This document shows positions 38,701 through 47,908 of a stretch of DNA of 64,000 bases, piece by piece. The first letter of the stretch is position 1. Each line of letters starts with the position of its first letter. This DNA is from a virus. The stretch is taken from positions 8,169-72,168 of the IMG/VR virus record IMGVR_UViG_3300024348_000023; one strand, 5' to 3'. Position numbers and translations under genes: made by a program. The notes below the pieces were generated by a model. The model worked only from the letters and a program-made list of their open reading frames with translations. It was not told the DNA's origin and made no database searches.

Positions 38701-41700
38701 GAAGCAAAGCTGCTAGGAAGATGGGGCATGATACTTCCAGGCGGAGTAAATTCAAATCTTGCTAGACATGGTGTTGATGGGGCAAATCTTAGACAGTATT
38801 TTGATGAGCCAGGTAGACTTATTGATCTTGATGACTTTTTAACTCACAACGGTATTGCTGAAAAAGATAAGCATTCAATACTTTCTTCAGTTGCTTCTCA
38901 GATGCAAGGAGAATTAAAAGACGGAGTTGTTTATAAAGATAAAGAGCTTGGAGACATTGCTTTTAGAACTATAGATAAAGAAATTAAAGCTCTTGAATCA
39001 AAATATCCAGGAATAAGCTTAAAGTATCAAAAAGATAGAATGACTCCAGGAAGAAGAGATACCAGAAAGAGACGTAGGCCTGGAGAAACACAAGCTGAGG
39101 CAAATAGAAGAGGTGGCGGAAGTCCTACAGCAACTAATGTTCGAGGTGGAAGACCAAGTAACTATAGAACAGAAAGAGCAAAAGCATTTGGAGAAGGCCA
39201 AGTATGGGCTCACTTTGATGATCAAATTTTTAATGAAAATGTAGAGCAGTTAGCTGGCTATCACGGTGTACCATTTGGTTCACTTCCAACAATGACTGGA
39301 AGAAATCCTAATGCTGCAAAGTTTCCAGATGCGTACTTATCTCAAGCTCATTCAAAATCATTTGTTGGAATGCCATTAGTTAGAAGAGGCACAGGATTTG
39401 GAAGATTAATGGATACCATTAATACTCTTAATGCTAATAGTCCAAAGCCTTTCTTACCAAGAGGAACATATACTCCAGGAGCATATAAAGGATTTAATAG
39501 AAGAAATAAGGGCGGCATAATTGGATTAAACGCTGGAGGTATGGTTCCAAGATATCACGGTGGTGGTTTTGTTGGAGGATTTAACTCACAAGCAGATAAG
39601 GGTTTCATTGGAAAAGGAATGCTAAAGCGTCCTGAAGGCGGCGGGATGAGCATGGGAGCCCAAATGGGAATGATGATGGGCGGATCAATGGCAGGCCAAG
39701 CAATAGGTGGAAACCTTGGTACTGGAATAACAATGGCTGCAAATATTCTTCCATGGCTTCCTTTACAAAAAATTATGCCATTAATTGGCAAGCTTATGAC
39801 AAACCTAAGAACCCTTTCTGGAATAGCAAATATTGCTGGCAAGGCAATGGGTCTATTATTTAGAGTTGGTCCAGTTGGTGCAGTTGTTACTGCAGTTGGA
39901 CTTGCTGTACTTGCTTATAGAAAATACACTAAAGAGCTAGAAGAAACTCGTAGAGAACATATAATGCTAAATGGCATTACCGAAAAGGGTGCTAAAGAAG
40001 CAGGAATTAGCTATAAGAATGTAGCTAACTCAATTAAGGGTGTAAGAGAGCAGTTCAAGCTTCAACAACAACAAGGTTTATCCGCATACGAATCAATGAC
40101 TGGCTCTGGTGTACAGGGCCTTACATTGACAATTGCACAGCTAAAAGAATTAAAGAAAACTGCAAAAGATACAATGCCAGAGCTGGTTGGAACTTTTAAT
40201 ACTATAGATACAAGCAAAGTAAATGATCTTGCAGCAAATCTAAAAGCACAGTTTGTGTCTGCAGGAATGTCTGCTCAAGATGCAACAAATAAAATTTATG
40301 CAATTATAGAAGCATCAAATAAAGCTGGAGCAGGACTTGGTGCTATAACTAGTACAGGGTTTACTGCAATAACAGATAAGGGAAGCGCTGCTTCTACTAT
40401 TGTTAAAAACTTAATTGATAGTCTTGCAGACATTGAAAATATTGATCCAAAAGCATTTGCATCAAATATTGACACTGTGATATCAAGCCTAGATGCAGCA
40501 ACTGCTGCGCTTGTTGGAACAAAAGATGCACAGGGTAACACAATTACTGAGTCTATGGCAATGACAATGCAATGGGAAAAGCTTGTAAAGCTTGGTGCTG
40601 ACTATACTCAAATTGGAGAAAAGGCTCTTGCTAACCTAAAGAAAGAAAGACCTGAGCTTGCTGCAATATTAAAGAGTACAGACACTGTTGCAGGAATGTA
40701 TGCTAAGTGGCGAGTATTACTAGCTGGAGTTAATATTGATCTTAAGAATATAACATCTCAACAAGCAATGGGAATTGCAGCTTATGAGCAGGCTTTAACA
40801 ATGGCAGCAGATTCTGCTAAGGCAAATACTAATACATCTGGAGCCCTGGGAACTGCCAATGCTGCTACAAATAAACTAACAGAGTCTATCAAAAAGGGTG
40901 AAAACGCAGTAAAGAAGTATTCAAATACAGAAGCTGGGTTAAGTAAAGCTAGAATAAAAGCAATTCAAGACGAGATCAAGGCTATCCGTGATCGTGCTGA
41001 TGAAAAGAAGAAGGCATTAAGAGCAACTGTAGAAACAGAAAATACAGAACTTGAATTGCAAAAGCTTAAGCTTGAAGCTCAAGGAGCTTTAGCTCGAGGA
41101 GATAGAGATGCTTATGAAGCTGCAAATATTGCAATTGCTCAACTTACAAAAGAAACTCAACTAAAGAAAGCTGAAGATAAGATTGATGCAAATGCTAAGA
41201 AAGAAGAGGCTAAGCTTCAGGCACAACTTGATGCAGATCAGGCAAAGAAAGATGCAGCAGCGGCACTAGTTGCTGGCGCACAACGTCAAGGCGCTTCAGC
41301 TACAGAGACACTTGGAGAAATAAATAGCATTAAGTCTTTGCTAGCACAACTAGCTATAGACAAAATTGAAAATGATAAACTTAAGGATCCAACTAAGAAA
41401 GCAGACGGGCAGAAAGCTCTTGACGGAAGGCTTCAAACTATAGTTGCAACACTTGAAAAGTCTTCAGATGCAGTTCAAAAAGCATTCCCAGAATATGTTG
41501 ATGCAAAAACAAATAAAGGAAAGCTCGGTGGCGGAGGGGGAAGCTACGTTGGTTCTATGTTTGTTCCAAATGCACAAGGAGAAGGTAATCAAGCTTTTTC
41601 TAAATTAGTTAGCGAAATATCAGTTGGAGCAAAAGCAAATTTTGAAAAGTTAGGAAAAGAAATTACAGGCGGAGCAAACCTTAAAATGGTTGTAGAGGCA

Positions 41701-42294
41701 ATGGGTGGCAAGGTAGACAAGAGCAAAACTCTTAATCAGGAAGATATTACTGCCGCAATTATATCTAATCAGGGTAATTCTTCTGGATTCTTAAAAGATC
41801 AAACAAAAGATGATGGTTCTCTTGAAGAAGGTGTAAGACAGGCTATTATACAAAAATATAACTTTAAAGAAGGAGACTCTTTTAAGTTTGGAACCATCAC
41901 ATACAATGTTAAAAAAGGAATGTTTGGCAAAGGACTTCAGGCTGTTAGAAAAGCACTTGGAGGCGCTGTAGCCGCTGGACAAACCTATACTGTAAATGAT
42001 AGAATTAACTCATTAGGAGTACAACAAGAAGGCTTTATGCCATTTACTCCAAAGGTAAGCGGAATGATTTATCCAAATGCAGATACCATGCCTAGATATG
42101 ATATTGCAAGCGGTGCTGTAACAGGTATGCGTGGAGGAGTTAATAGCTCTTATAACAATAACTCATACGCAATTAATATTGCATTAAACGGAACCAACGT
42201 AACAGCAGATGATGTAGTAAGAAGATTTAAGGCAGAGATGGCATTAGTTCATGCAAAAGAAGGAAGATCGAGATCGGTTGGGGGACAAGTTTAA
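35749..42294 (+). CDS. Tape measure protein
   Basis: 2181 aa, Ala-rich and helical, with a TP901-like TMP core, hydrophobic segments and D.VPALLTPGEFV. Confidence 0.95.
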   Translation: MADENIVTNIVANADFSGLIADVNKVTASLSKLQSQLIASDAKLANQVAVMNRSFSENLRRTGQFSTHFVTLTSDTEKFGKSLDGGKLKLRDYFRTFQEHTKTSGGIIRDLAKQQVALQNAIIQPLGKNAQGLMQFNVQVPQGLDNIKNKTAIARQELQILNKVVQDGGVQLINWGKNTQWAGRQLTVGLTVPLAAFGKAAADAFRMADAELTRLTKVYGGVAATSATELSKIRNEVSSTAAELSKGYGVSFKETIALAADIAATGKTGNELLSSVKETSRLAVLGEVDRQEAMKATLAIQSTFKQNTEQLAESINFLNSVENQTSTSLADLVEAIPKAGPVIQGMGGSVKDLALYLTAMKEGGINASEGANALKSALASLINPTKVAKEKFAEMGIDLGGIVAQNAGNLTGTILALQSALDELDPLKKQQAIEQLFGKFQFARLNALFANLGKQGSQTLQVMDLMKTSSQDLANVAGRELSMVTESASGKYNRAIEGLKADLAGIGEEFLKVQTFFINVVDGIIDFTTSLPKPIKQILTFAGGLTAVIGPVIMLTGVLANFFGYVIKGVSHFKALFKGGEGWKMLTPEILAAQKAGSLVEKTFYSDAAAATVLKTAIEGLVAEFTILQSKAQSGAISVAPALKGMVANATMQRVVNPDHPLLSPQDTRSMSHMNPVGRMTADQKEGQTIFGVVPGAPKVNQVIGNNPQIYANADLPDVPGLTRIGKASTGVVASEAAKWHAMTGALAMQSEAEIKALKTEVSRTGLITHELSASYQALLPEMTKLTQKAAAESAEIVAELQASKITVDQARAKIIALNAQIEAAMGAAATDIAGQQGRSISLTSVPLLSQPVVDKSGKSNMKELARPGRTRGLLNQIARGLGVKTFGAPYSIETTRPKRFATGNLVPGSGNSDTVPALLTPGEFVINKKATAANLPLLEAINNGGQANGMGMEYGGFPEDRYISAEQSNVVLSKFGIASKSDKEAKLLGRWGMILPGGVNSNLARHGVDGANLRQYFDEPGRLIDLDDFLTHNGIAEKDKHSILSSVASQMQGELKDGVVYKDKELGDIAFRTIDKEIKALESKYPGISLKYQKDRMTPGRRDTRKRRRPGETQAEANRRGGGSPTATNVRGGRPSNYRTERAKAFGEGQVWAHFDDQIFNENVEQLAGYHGVPFGSLPTMTGRNPNAAKFPDAYLSQAHSKSFVGMPLVRRGTGFGRLMDTINTLNANSPKPFLPRGTYTPGAYKGFNRRNKGGIIGLNAGGMVPRYHGGGFVGGFNSQADKGFIGKGMLKRPEGGGMSMGAQMGMMMGGSMAGQAIGGNLGTGITMAANILPWLPLQKIMPLIGKLMTNLRTLSGIANIAGKAMGLLFRVGPVGAVVTAVGLAVLAYRKYTKELEETRREHIMLNGITEKGAKEAGISYKNVANSIKGVREQFKLQQQQGLSAYESMTGSGVQGLTLTIAQLKELKKTAKDTMPELVGTFNTIDTSKVNDLAANLKAQFVSAGMSAQDATNKIYAIIEASNKAGAGLGAITSTGFTAITDKGSAASTIVKNLIDSLADIENIDPKAFASNIDTVISSLDAATAALVGTKDAQGNTITESMAMTMQWEKLVKLGADYTQIGEKALANLKKERPELAAILKSTDTVAGMYAKWRVLLAGVNIDLKNITSQQAMGIAAYEQALTMAADSAKANTNTSGALGTANAATNKLTESIKKGENAVKKYSNTEAGLSKARIKAIQDEIKAIRDRADEKKKALRATVETENTELELQKLKLEAQGALARGDRDAYEAANIAIAQLTKETQLKKAEDKIDANAKKEEAKLQAQLDADQAKKDAAAALVAGAQRQGASATETLGEINSIKSLLAQLAIDKIENDKLKDPTKKADGQKALDGRLQTIVATLEKSSDAVQKAFPEYVDAKTNKGKLGGGGGSYVGSMFVPNAQGEGNQAFSKLVSEISVGAKANFEKLGKEITGGANLKMVVEAMGGKVDKSKTLNQEDITAAIISNQGNSSGFLKDQTKDDGSLEEGVRQAIIQKYNFKEGDSFKFGTITYNVKKGMFGKGLQAVRKALGGAVAAGQTYTVNDRINSLGVQQEGFMPFTPKVSGMIYPNADTMPRYDIASGAVTGMRGGVNSSYNNNSYAINIALNGTNVTADDVVRRFKAEMALVHAKEGRSRSVGGQV

Positions 42295-42764
42295 TGGCAT
42301 TAACATTACCTAGAGGTTCAATTTTTAGCATAGAGGCTAAAGATCTTTTGGCAACTCCAGCAGGAACAACCAACCAGTGGAATAAGGTTACAGAGCATAA
42401 CCGTACAGACTTTAGCATTAATGTTGAAAGAATTGAAAAAGTAGTAAGAACTTCAAATGGAACTCTAAGAAAGAATTTTATTAAAGACAAGCGCAAATTC
42501 TCAACATCTTGGGACATGCTTCCATCATATAGAACCTTAACAGTAGACGGTGCATGGGGAGCAGAAGACTTAAGATCATTCTACCTAGGAGAACAGGGAC
42601 AGGGTAGTTTTAAAATTAGATTAAATATAGCAAAAAATGGAGTCTCACAGGAGTCATCTGGTTACGAAGAGTATACAGTTGTTATTACAGACTGCAGTTT
42701 TGCAATTGCCAAACGAGGCTTACAGCCCCACTGGAATGTATCCCTGAGCATGGATGAAGTATAA
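42294..42764 (+). CDS. Distal tail protein-like
   Basis: Immediately after the TMP; R..NGTLR......K..F..SW..L. Confidence 0.6.
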   Translation: MALTLPRGSIFSIEAKDLLATPAGTTNQWNKVTEHNRTDFSINVERIEKVVRTSNGTLRKNFIKDKRKFSTSWDMLPSYRTLTVDGAWGAEDLRSFYLGEQGQGSFKIRLNIAKNGVSQESSGYEEYTVVITDCSFAIAKRGLQPHWNVSLSMDEV

Positions 42765-44632
42765 TGCCAGTATATGCAAGCCCATCAGCCAAAACAAAGC
42801 TTGAGCAAAGTACATCTTTAAATCTTAACGTAGGTTGTACTATTGAATATAATATGAATAGACTTGTAGACAACATAACAGTAACGGGTGCAGATATTGT
42901 TAAGCCAGATGGTAGCAAGCCTTTTAAGAAGTTATTTCCTGTAGACTCAATAATTAAGGCCAACCGCCCAAATGGAGCGGGAGTTAAGTATGGAATTACT
43001 GGAGATGTCTCCGCTGGAACATATAGAGATCCAAGAGCTAGTACATACCCATTAAGTTATAGAACATACTACCCAGGTGCAGATACATACTACAAGTACT
43101 GGCTAAGTGCAATTAGCACAGGTGTAGATTTAACTATTACATATCCAAAAGCAATACTAACAAATAAGGTAGTTGCAAAATTTGAAATATCACATTCAAC
43201 TCCAGGAACCTGGAATATATTTTTAAATGGATCTTCTGTTGCAAATGGAACAAGTGCACAAATAAAGGCCTTTGGTGCTGGCACATATGATGCTGGTACT
43301 CTAACTATTTATTATAATGGAACTTCATGGGTAACTACAGAGCCAGCAGTTTTAGGTGCTCCAGTAAGCATAACTACATTAAAGCTAACTACAGCAGGAG
43401 TTGCAGGGAAGTATATTGGTGTTATTGAGCTTTCTCCTAAATGGGTAGTAGATATATCAGAAGCAATTACAGATATGTCTATATCAAAAGAATCTTCTAC
43501 TAGCTCAGAAGACATACTTCCAATTGGAAAAGTTTCAGCAAACTCTCTATCTTTAGGTCTTGTATCTTATGAAGCTACACGTAAAATAATTTCTTTTGAC
43601 AAAACATTTGCATTTGATGCTTCTAAGATTTACCTATATAAGCAGATTGAAATAAATCCATACTATAAGCTATACAATTCTGATCAAACTTACGAAAAGA
43701 TTAATCAAGGAGTTTTCTATCTGGACAATTGGTCTTCTTCAGAGTTTGGAGATATATCATTAACAGCTCTTGATGGAGCAAAAATTTTACAAGAAATAAT
43801 TGCGCCAAGTATTATTTGTGAAGGATACTCAACTACTGCAATCTTAAGAAGATTACTTGATACAGTAGGATTTGTAAACTATAAGTTTAATATGTCTGAA
43901 ACAGATACTTCAATATTTACACCGAGATTCTGGTGGACAGATGATAGTAAACCAGTATGGAATGCCATACAAGAGCTTTGCAGAGATTCTCAAATGACGG
44001 CTATATTTGATGAAAATAATGTGCTTCAGTTTTATACAAGAGACTACATGTTTTCTTCAACAAAAGGTATAGACTGGGCATTTAGATATGATGCAGATGG
44101 ATCTAATTTGCCTAACATAGTTTCTTTTTCTAAAAACGAACTTGCAAGTGCAAATCAAGTTAAAGTGCTATGGAATAGCGTAACTACATCAGAATATACT
44201 GGAAATTCTCAACCTCTGTGGAAGTCTGGAAATACTTCAATGGGCGCTCTATCTCTTGATCAAGATTTGCCATCATCAATTGGCGCAGGTGGATATATAA
44301 ACCTTTCTCCAATAACCGTAAACAGCTATGAAAGCAAAAGGGTTTTATACGAGTACAGCGGGTACCTAGTAATTGATTCAGAAATTATAGAGTACGATGC
44401 AATACAATATGAATATGTTTCTGGAGGAAATAAGACCCAGGTTTGGATAACAACAGAGTCTGATGTTTTAAAATATCTAGGGCTTTCAAATGTTGGTTCT
44501 GCAAACTACCAACCAACAGGCAAGTATAGAATTAAAACAAGAGGTGCATTTAATACAACACCTGCAAATCATTATGCTGCAGCGTCGACTATATTAAATT
44601 CATGGAGTGGATATGAGGTGAAGTGGGTCTGA
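42764..44632 (+). CDS. Tail tip/hub protein
   Basis: Synteny; G.FY...W, VW..IQELC......FDE...LQF. Confidence 0.65.
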   Translation: MPVYASPSAKTKLEQSTSLNLNVGCTIEYNMNRLVDNITVTGADIVKPDGSKPFKKLFPVDSIIKANRPNGAGVKYGITGDVSAGTYRDPRASTYPLSYRTYYPGADTYYKYWLSAISTGVDLTITYPKAILTNKVVAKFEISHSTPGTWNIFLNGSSVANGTSAQIKAFGAGTYDAGTLTIYYNGTSWVTTEPAVLGAPVSITTLKLTTAGVAGKYIGVIELSPKWVVDISEAITDMSISKESSTSSEDILPIGKVSANSLSLGLVSYEATRKIISFDKTFAFDASKIYLYKQIEINPYYKLYNSDQTYEKINQGVFYLDNWSSSEFGDISLTALDGAKILQEIIAPSIICEGYSTTAILRRLLDTVGFVNYKFNMSETDTSIFTPRFWWTDDSKPVWNAIQELCRDSQMTAIFDENNVLQFYTRDYMFSSTKGIDWAFRYDADGSNLPNIVSFSKNELASANQVKVLWNSVTTSEYTGNSQPLWKSGNTSMGALSLDQDLPSSIGAGGYINLSPITVNSYESKRVLYEYSGYLVIDSEIIEYDAIQYEYVSGGNKTQVWITTESDVLKYLGLSNVGSANYQPTGKYRIKTRGAFNTTPANHYAAASTILNSWSGYEVKWV

Positions 44633-46407
44633 TGTTAGCATATGATTTGATAGACGGAGGCGGCGGAGTCCCAACAGCACCAGTTCCAGCAGACTATAAG
44701 CTGCCATGGATATCTGTTAAGGCAGTATCCCTTACATCAATAGAAATTACACTGGGGTCACCAAACGCTACACCTGGAAGCTATGGAGGATCAATAACTA
44801 CTTTATCTTTTAATGATCCAGATTTTACCTTCACATCTACTTCTCCAGTAATTACAAAAATTGGACTGGTCCCTGGACAAAAATATAATATACGTGCAAG
44901 ATCTTATAGCGGACTAAATGCAACTGGAATGTATGGTGACTACATAACAGATACGTTTACTATGCCAGCATATAATCCGCTTACTGGGATTGTTTCTACA
45001 ACAACTCCAGTCCTCACTCCTCCAGGATCCACTGGAACAAATCCTACAGTATCCTCTGGTAACGGAGTTCAATTAAATAATACTGGATCAGCAGATACTG
45101 GAGAAGATGACGCAGTACCAGTTCAATATGTTACTGGATCCTCATCTGCCGTTAGCGGTAATAGACAGGTTGAAAAGTCTTTATTTAGAGTTACAAATAA
45201 TTCACCTGATCCTACTGCATACTCTATTGCTACTAAAGACTTTGAGATATCTACCTCATACTCACATTATACTTTTGGAACAGGAATGTTTTTTCAAAGT
45301 AGTGTTTCAGATGTTAATGCAGCAGGAGGAATGGGATTCTTTACAGATTCGTTGGGAAAGAACGGATACTACGTATTGCTACAGACTACTTCTAATCTAT
45401 CAAAAACAGATGATAAAGAAGTAAAAATAATTAAAGTTGTAAACGGTAAGAAAAAGATTTTAAATGATACTCAAAAAAATAATGCTAAAACGTTAACAGG
45501 AATTTTAGGAGCTACATCTTATAAGGTTGACATAAAAGTAAAATGTACTGCAACTGTAAGAGTCATTGATGTTTATATTAATAACTTTAAGATTACAGCA
45601 ACAGATACAAATTCTCCTACTAGCACTGATCCAGTAGATAAGGTTTTGCCAATAACTTCTAATGTATCAATGTGTGCAACAACAGGATCAGCTTATTATG
45701 ACTATGTATACGCAATGCCGATAGAAGAAGCTCAATACAATTCTGGCATTATGCAAAATGTATATAACGGCCAATTTAATAATACAATGTTGAGCTTTTT
45801 ATACGGAGAAAAAGTTTTAAGTAATTTTAATAAGACAACTATTTCAAATGGAAAGCTTGAAGAGTTTGGAACTGTAGCAAGAGAGCTTAGAAAAGTAAGC
45901 ATTAAATATGAATCTCGTCCAGGATATCCATTATACCCAAGCTTAGGAATAAATAAATTTGTTAATGTCTTAGGTTCTAGATTGACCTCATTTGGAGCAG
46001 AAGTGTATTTAATTAATAATGCTGGAACTTGGGTGCCTCTAGATGACTCCTCACTGCATTCATTTAGCGTAATCGGTAACTATGTGGTAACTTCGGGTCA
46101 GCATGAATACACTGATAAAACAATTAATGAATATTCAAACCCAGAGCCAGTCATATTTCAATCCTCATGGATTCAAAAAGAAGATGATGCAAAGTCAATA
46201 TCTAAATGGATAAAAGATCTATGGTCAAAACAACAGTCTGTTGTAAATATGCAAGTATTTGGAAACCCGCTGGTATCAGTAGGAGACATTATAACGATTA
46301 ACTATCCGTCAAATAATTTAGACGGAAGCCAAAAGTTTGTTGTAATGAATGTAAATAATTCATTTAATGAGGGATTGGAGACATCAATTACAGCTAGGAC
46401 ATTATAG
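44632..46407 (+). CDS. Tail tip protein with FN3-like segment
   Basis: TGATG overlap start with SD GAGGTG. Contains GL.PG..YNIR.R and a C-terminal S.WIQ...A...GNP...VGD.I hub motif. Confidence 0.65.
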   Translation: MLAYDLIDGGGGVPTAPVPADYKLPWISVKAVSLTSIEITLGSPNATPGSYGGSITTLSFNDPDFTFTSTSPVITKIGLVPGQKYNIRARSYSGLNATGMYGDYITDTFTMPAYNPLTGIVSTTTPVLTPPGSTGTNPTVSSGNGVQLNNTGSADTGEDDAVPVQYVTGSSSAVSGNRQVEKSLFRVTNNSPDPTAYSIATKDFEISTSYSHYTFGTGMFFQSSVSDVNAAGGMGFFTDSLGKNGYYVLLQTTSNLSKTDDKEVKIIKVVNGKKKILNDTQKNNAKTLTGILGATSYKVDIKVKCTATVRVIDVYINNFKITATDTNSPTSTDPVDKVLPITSNVSMCATTGSAYYDYVYAMPIEEAQYNSGIMQNVYNGQFNNTMLSFLYGEKVLSNFNKTTISNGKLEEFGTVARELRKVSIKYESRPGYPLYPSLGINKFVNVLGSRLTSFGAEVYLINNAGTWVPLDDSSLHSFSVIGNYVVTSGQHEYTDKTINEYSNPEPVIFQSSWIQKEDDAKSISKWIKDLWSKQQSVVNMQVFGNPLVSVGDIITINYPSNNLDGSQKFVVMNVNNSFNEGLETSITARTL

Positions 46408-46415
46408 TCTGTAAA

Positions 46416-46424
46416 TGGTATAAT
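46416..46424 (+). promoter_or_regulatory. Extended -10 promoter (probably leaderless)
   Basis: TGGTATAAT 6 nt before ATG 46431, with no SD. Confidence 0.65.
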
Positions 46425-46430
46425 AAAAAA

Positions 46431-46826
46431 ATGGCAACTGAGAGAGTATCAACCACAAGCGTAACAGCAGACGCACCTATTGCCCTATATACAAATTCTC
46501 CAGAAAATGCAGATTTAAGCACGAACTACAAAAAGTTGATACCTGGTAATTCCGTGGGAGCAATGTATCTTGCTTCAAACGATATAGGGTATAATGAAAT
46601 AGACGGAACAACTATTGCCATAGAAGAAAGCTCTGCATCATCAGGAGCAGAAGGTGGTGAGTCTGCAGCAACGGCTGCTGCCCCATCTCTTTCAGATATA
46701 CAGGTAATCTCAAGAGAAGTTGTATATGATTCAGCAGGCAATCCATCTGTTCAAGTCGTATTTAAAATTAAAAATTCAAGTGATAAAAAATTAAAAGGAA
46801 TTAATGCAAGAGTGGAGCTATTATGA
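46431..46826 (+). CDS. Minor tail/hypothetical protein
   Basis: ORF within the tail operon. Confidence 0.65.
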   Translation: MATERVSTTSVTADAPIALYTNSPENADLSTNYKKLIPGNSVGAMYLASNDIGYNEIDGTTIAIEESSASSGAEGGESAATAAAPSLSDIQVISREVVYDSAGNPSVQVVFKIKNSSDKKLKGINARVELL

Positions 46827-47908
46827 TAACAAAGTTTGGTAAAAGATTTTTAACAAGCCACCTAGCTGGATTAGTTGATTTTACAACAAAAGATATAGTT
46901 TTAGGAATAGGTGATACAACTCCTAATCAATATGGCAATGACACAAGATTAGATTTTGAGTTTTATAGGCTACCAGCAACTTTAAGTAGCATAGATATTA
47001 GATCTGCAAACATAACAGGACTATCTACAAATGGATCATCTGTAACATATACAGCAGAAAATAATTTTAGTCCAGGACAGACAGTAAAGATAACTGGAAT
47101 TGTTCCAACTCAATATAATGTTTCATCTGCCGTGGTTACAACAGCAACAAATTCAACATTTACAATATCATCAGCAGCATCAGGATCTTACGTATCTGGT
47201 GGTTACGCCTCTTCATATTCAGCAATATTTTCAGCCACAATACCGCAGGACGTATCTGGAGTTATATCTGAAATTGGATTATATCCAGGTTCAAGAAAAT
47301 CAGCAAATAATTTTGATAGCAAGTTTATAACATCTTTTGATAATAATTTAAACTGGACAGATGGTTCCTATAATCCAGGCATCACATATAACTCTGGAGC
47401 TTTTCAATCTAAAATTGGCGACAACATGATTACTGTAACTGCTTCAGCAAACACATCAAAAGAATATGGAAATTCACAAACCTACTATGATATTTCTGGA
47501 TACAGTATAAATGATAGTATAGCTATTGCTTATAAAAAAGTTGATACAAATGTGTCTAAAATTAGAGTAAAGTTTTACAGTTCACCAACCTCTTATTGCT
47601 GGGTAGATTTTACTCCGCTATCTGGAACAGGTGACAAGATACAGTCTTTAACTTTAAATAATTTGTTTTCAAACACAACAGCAACTCCTCCAGATCTTAC
47701 ATCAATAATTAAGGTAGGTATAGAGGTTACCGCAGGTTCAGGCGGAGCCACAACTGTACACTTTGATGGGATTCGAATTAATGATGAAGACACATTTGAT
47801 CCGTACTACGGTTTAATTAGCAGATCTGTTTTAACTGGATCTGATATATTAACAAAAGTTTCTGGAAGACAAGTGGACATAGAATACAAGCTAGCTCTGG
47901 AGTTCTAA
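46823..47908 (+). CDS. Minor tail protein
   Basis: MIT..G..FL...LAG......GIG....DT.L..E.YR and ISEIGLY, a baseplate/fibre-anchor-like N-terminus. Confidence 0.65.
   Translation: MITKFGKRFLTSHLAGLVDFTTKDIVLGIGDTTPNQYGNDTRLDFEFYRLPATLSSIDIRSANITGLSTNGSSVTYTAENNFSPGQTVKITGIVPTQYNVSSAVVTTATNSTFTISSAASGSYVSGGYASSYSAIFSATIPQDVSGVISEIGLYPGSRKSANNFDSKFITSFDNNLNWTDGSYNPGITYNSGAFQSKIGDNMITVTASANTSKEYGNSQTYYDISGYSINDSIAIAYKKVDTNVSKIRVKFYSSPTSYCWVDFTPLSGTGDKIQSLTLNNLFSNTTATPPDLTSIIKVGIEVTAGSGGATTVHFDGIRINDEDTFDPYYGLISRSVLTGSDILTKVSGRQVDIEYKLALEF

Noticed and set aside
44615-44634. Frameshifted or broken tail gene between the 42764 and 44632 ORFs
   Set aside because: The TGATG overlap with an upstream GAGGTG SD is ordinary translational coupling, and no slippery site was seen.
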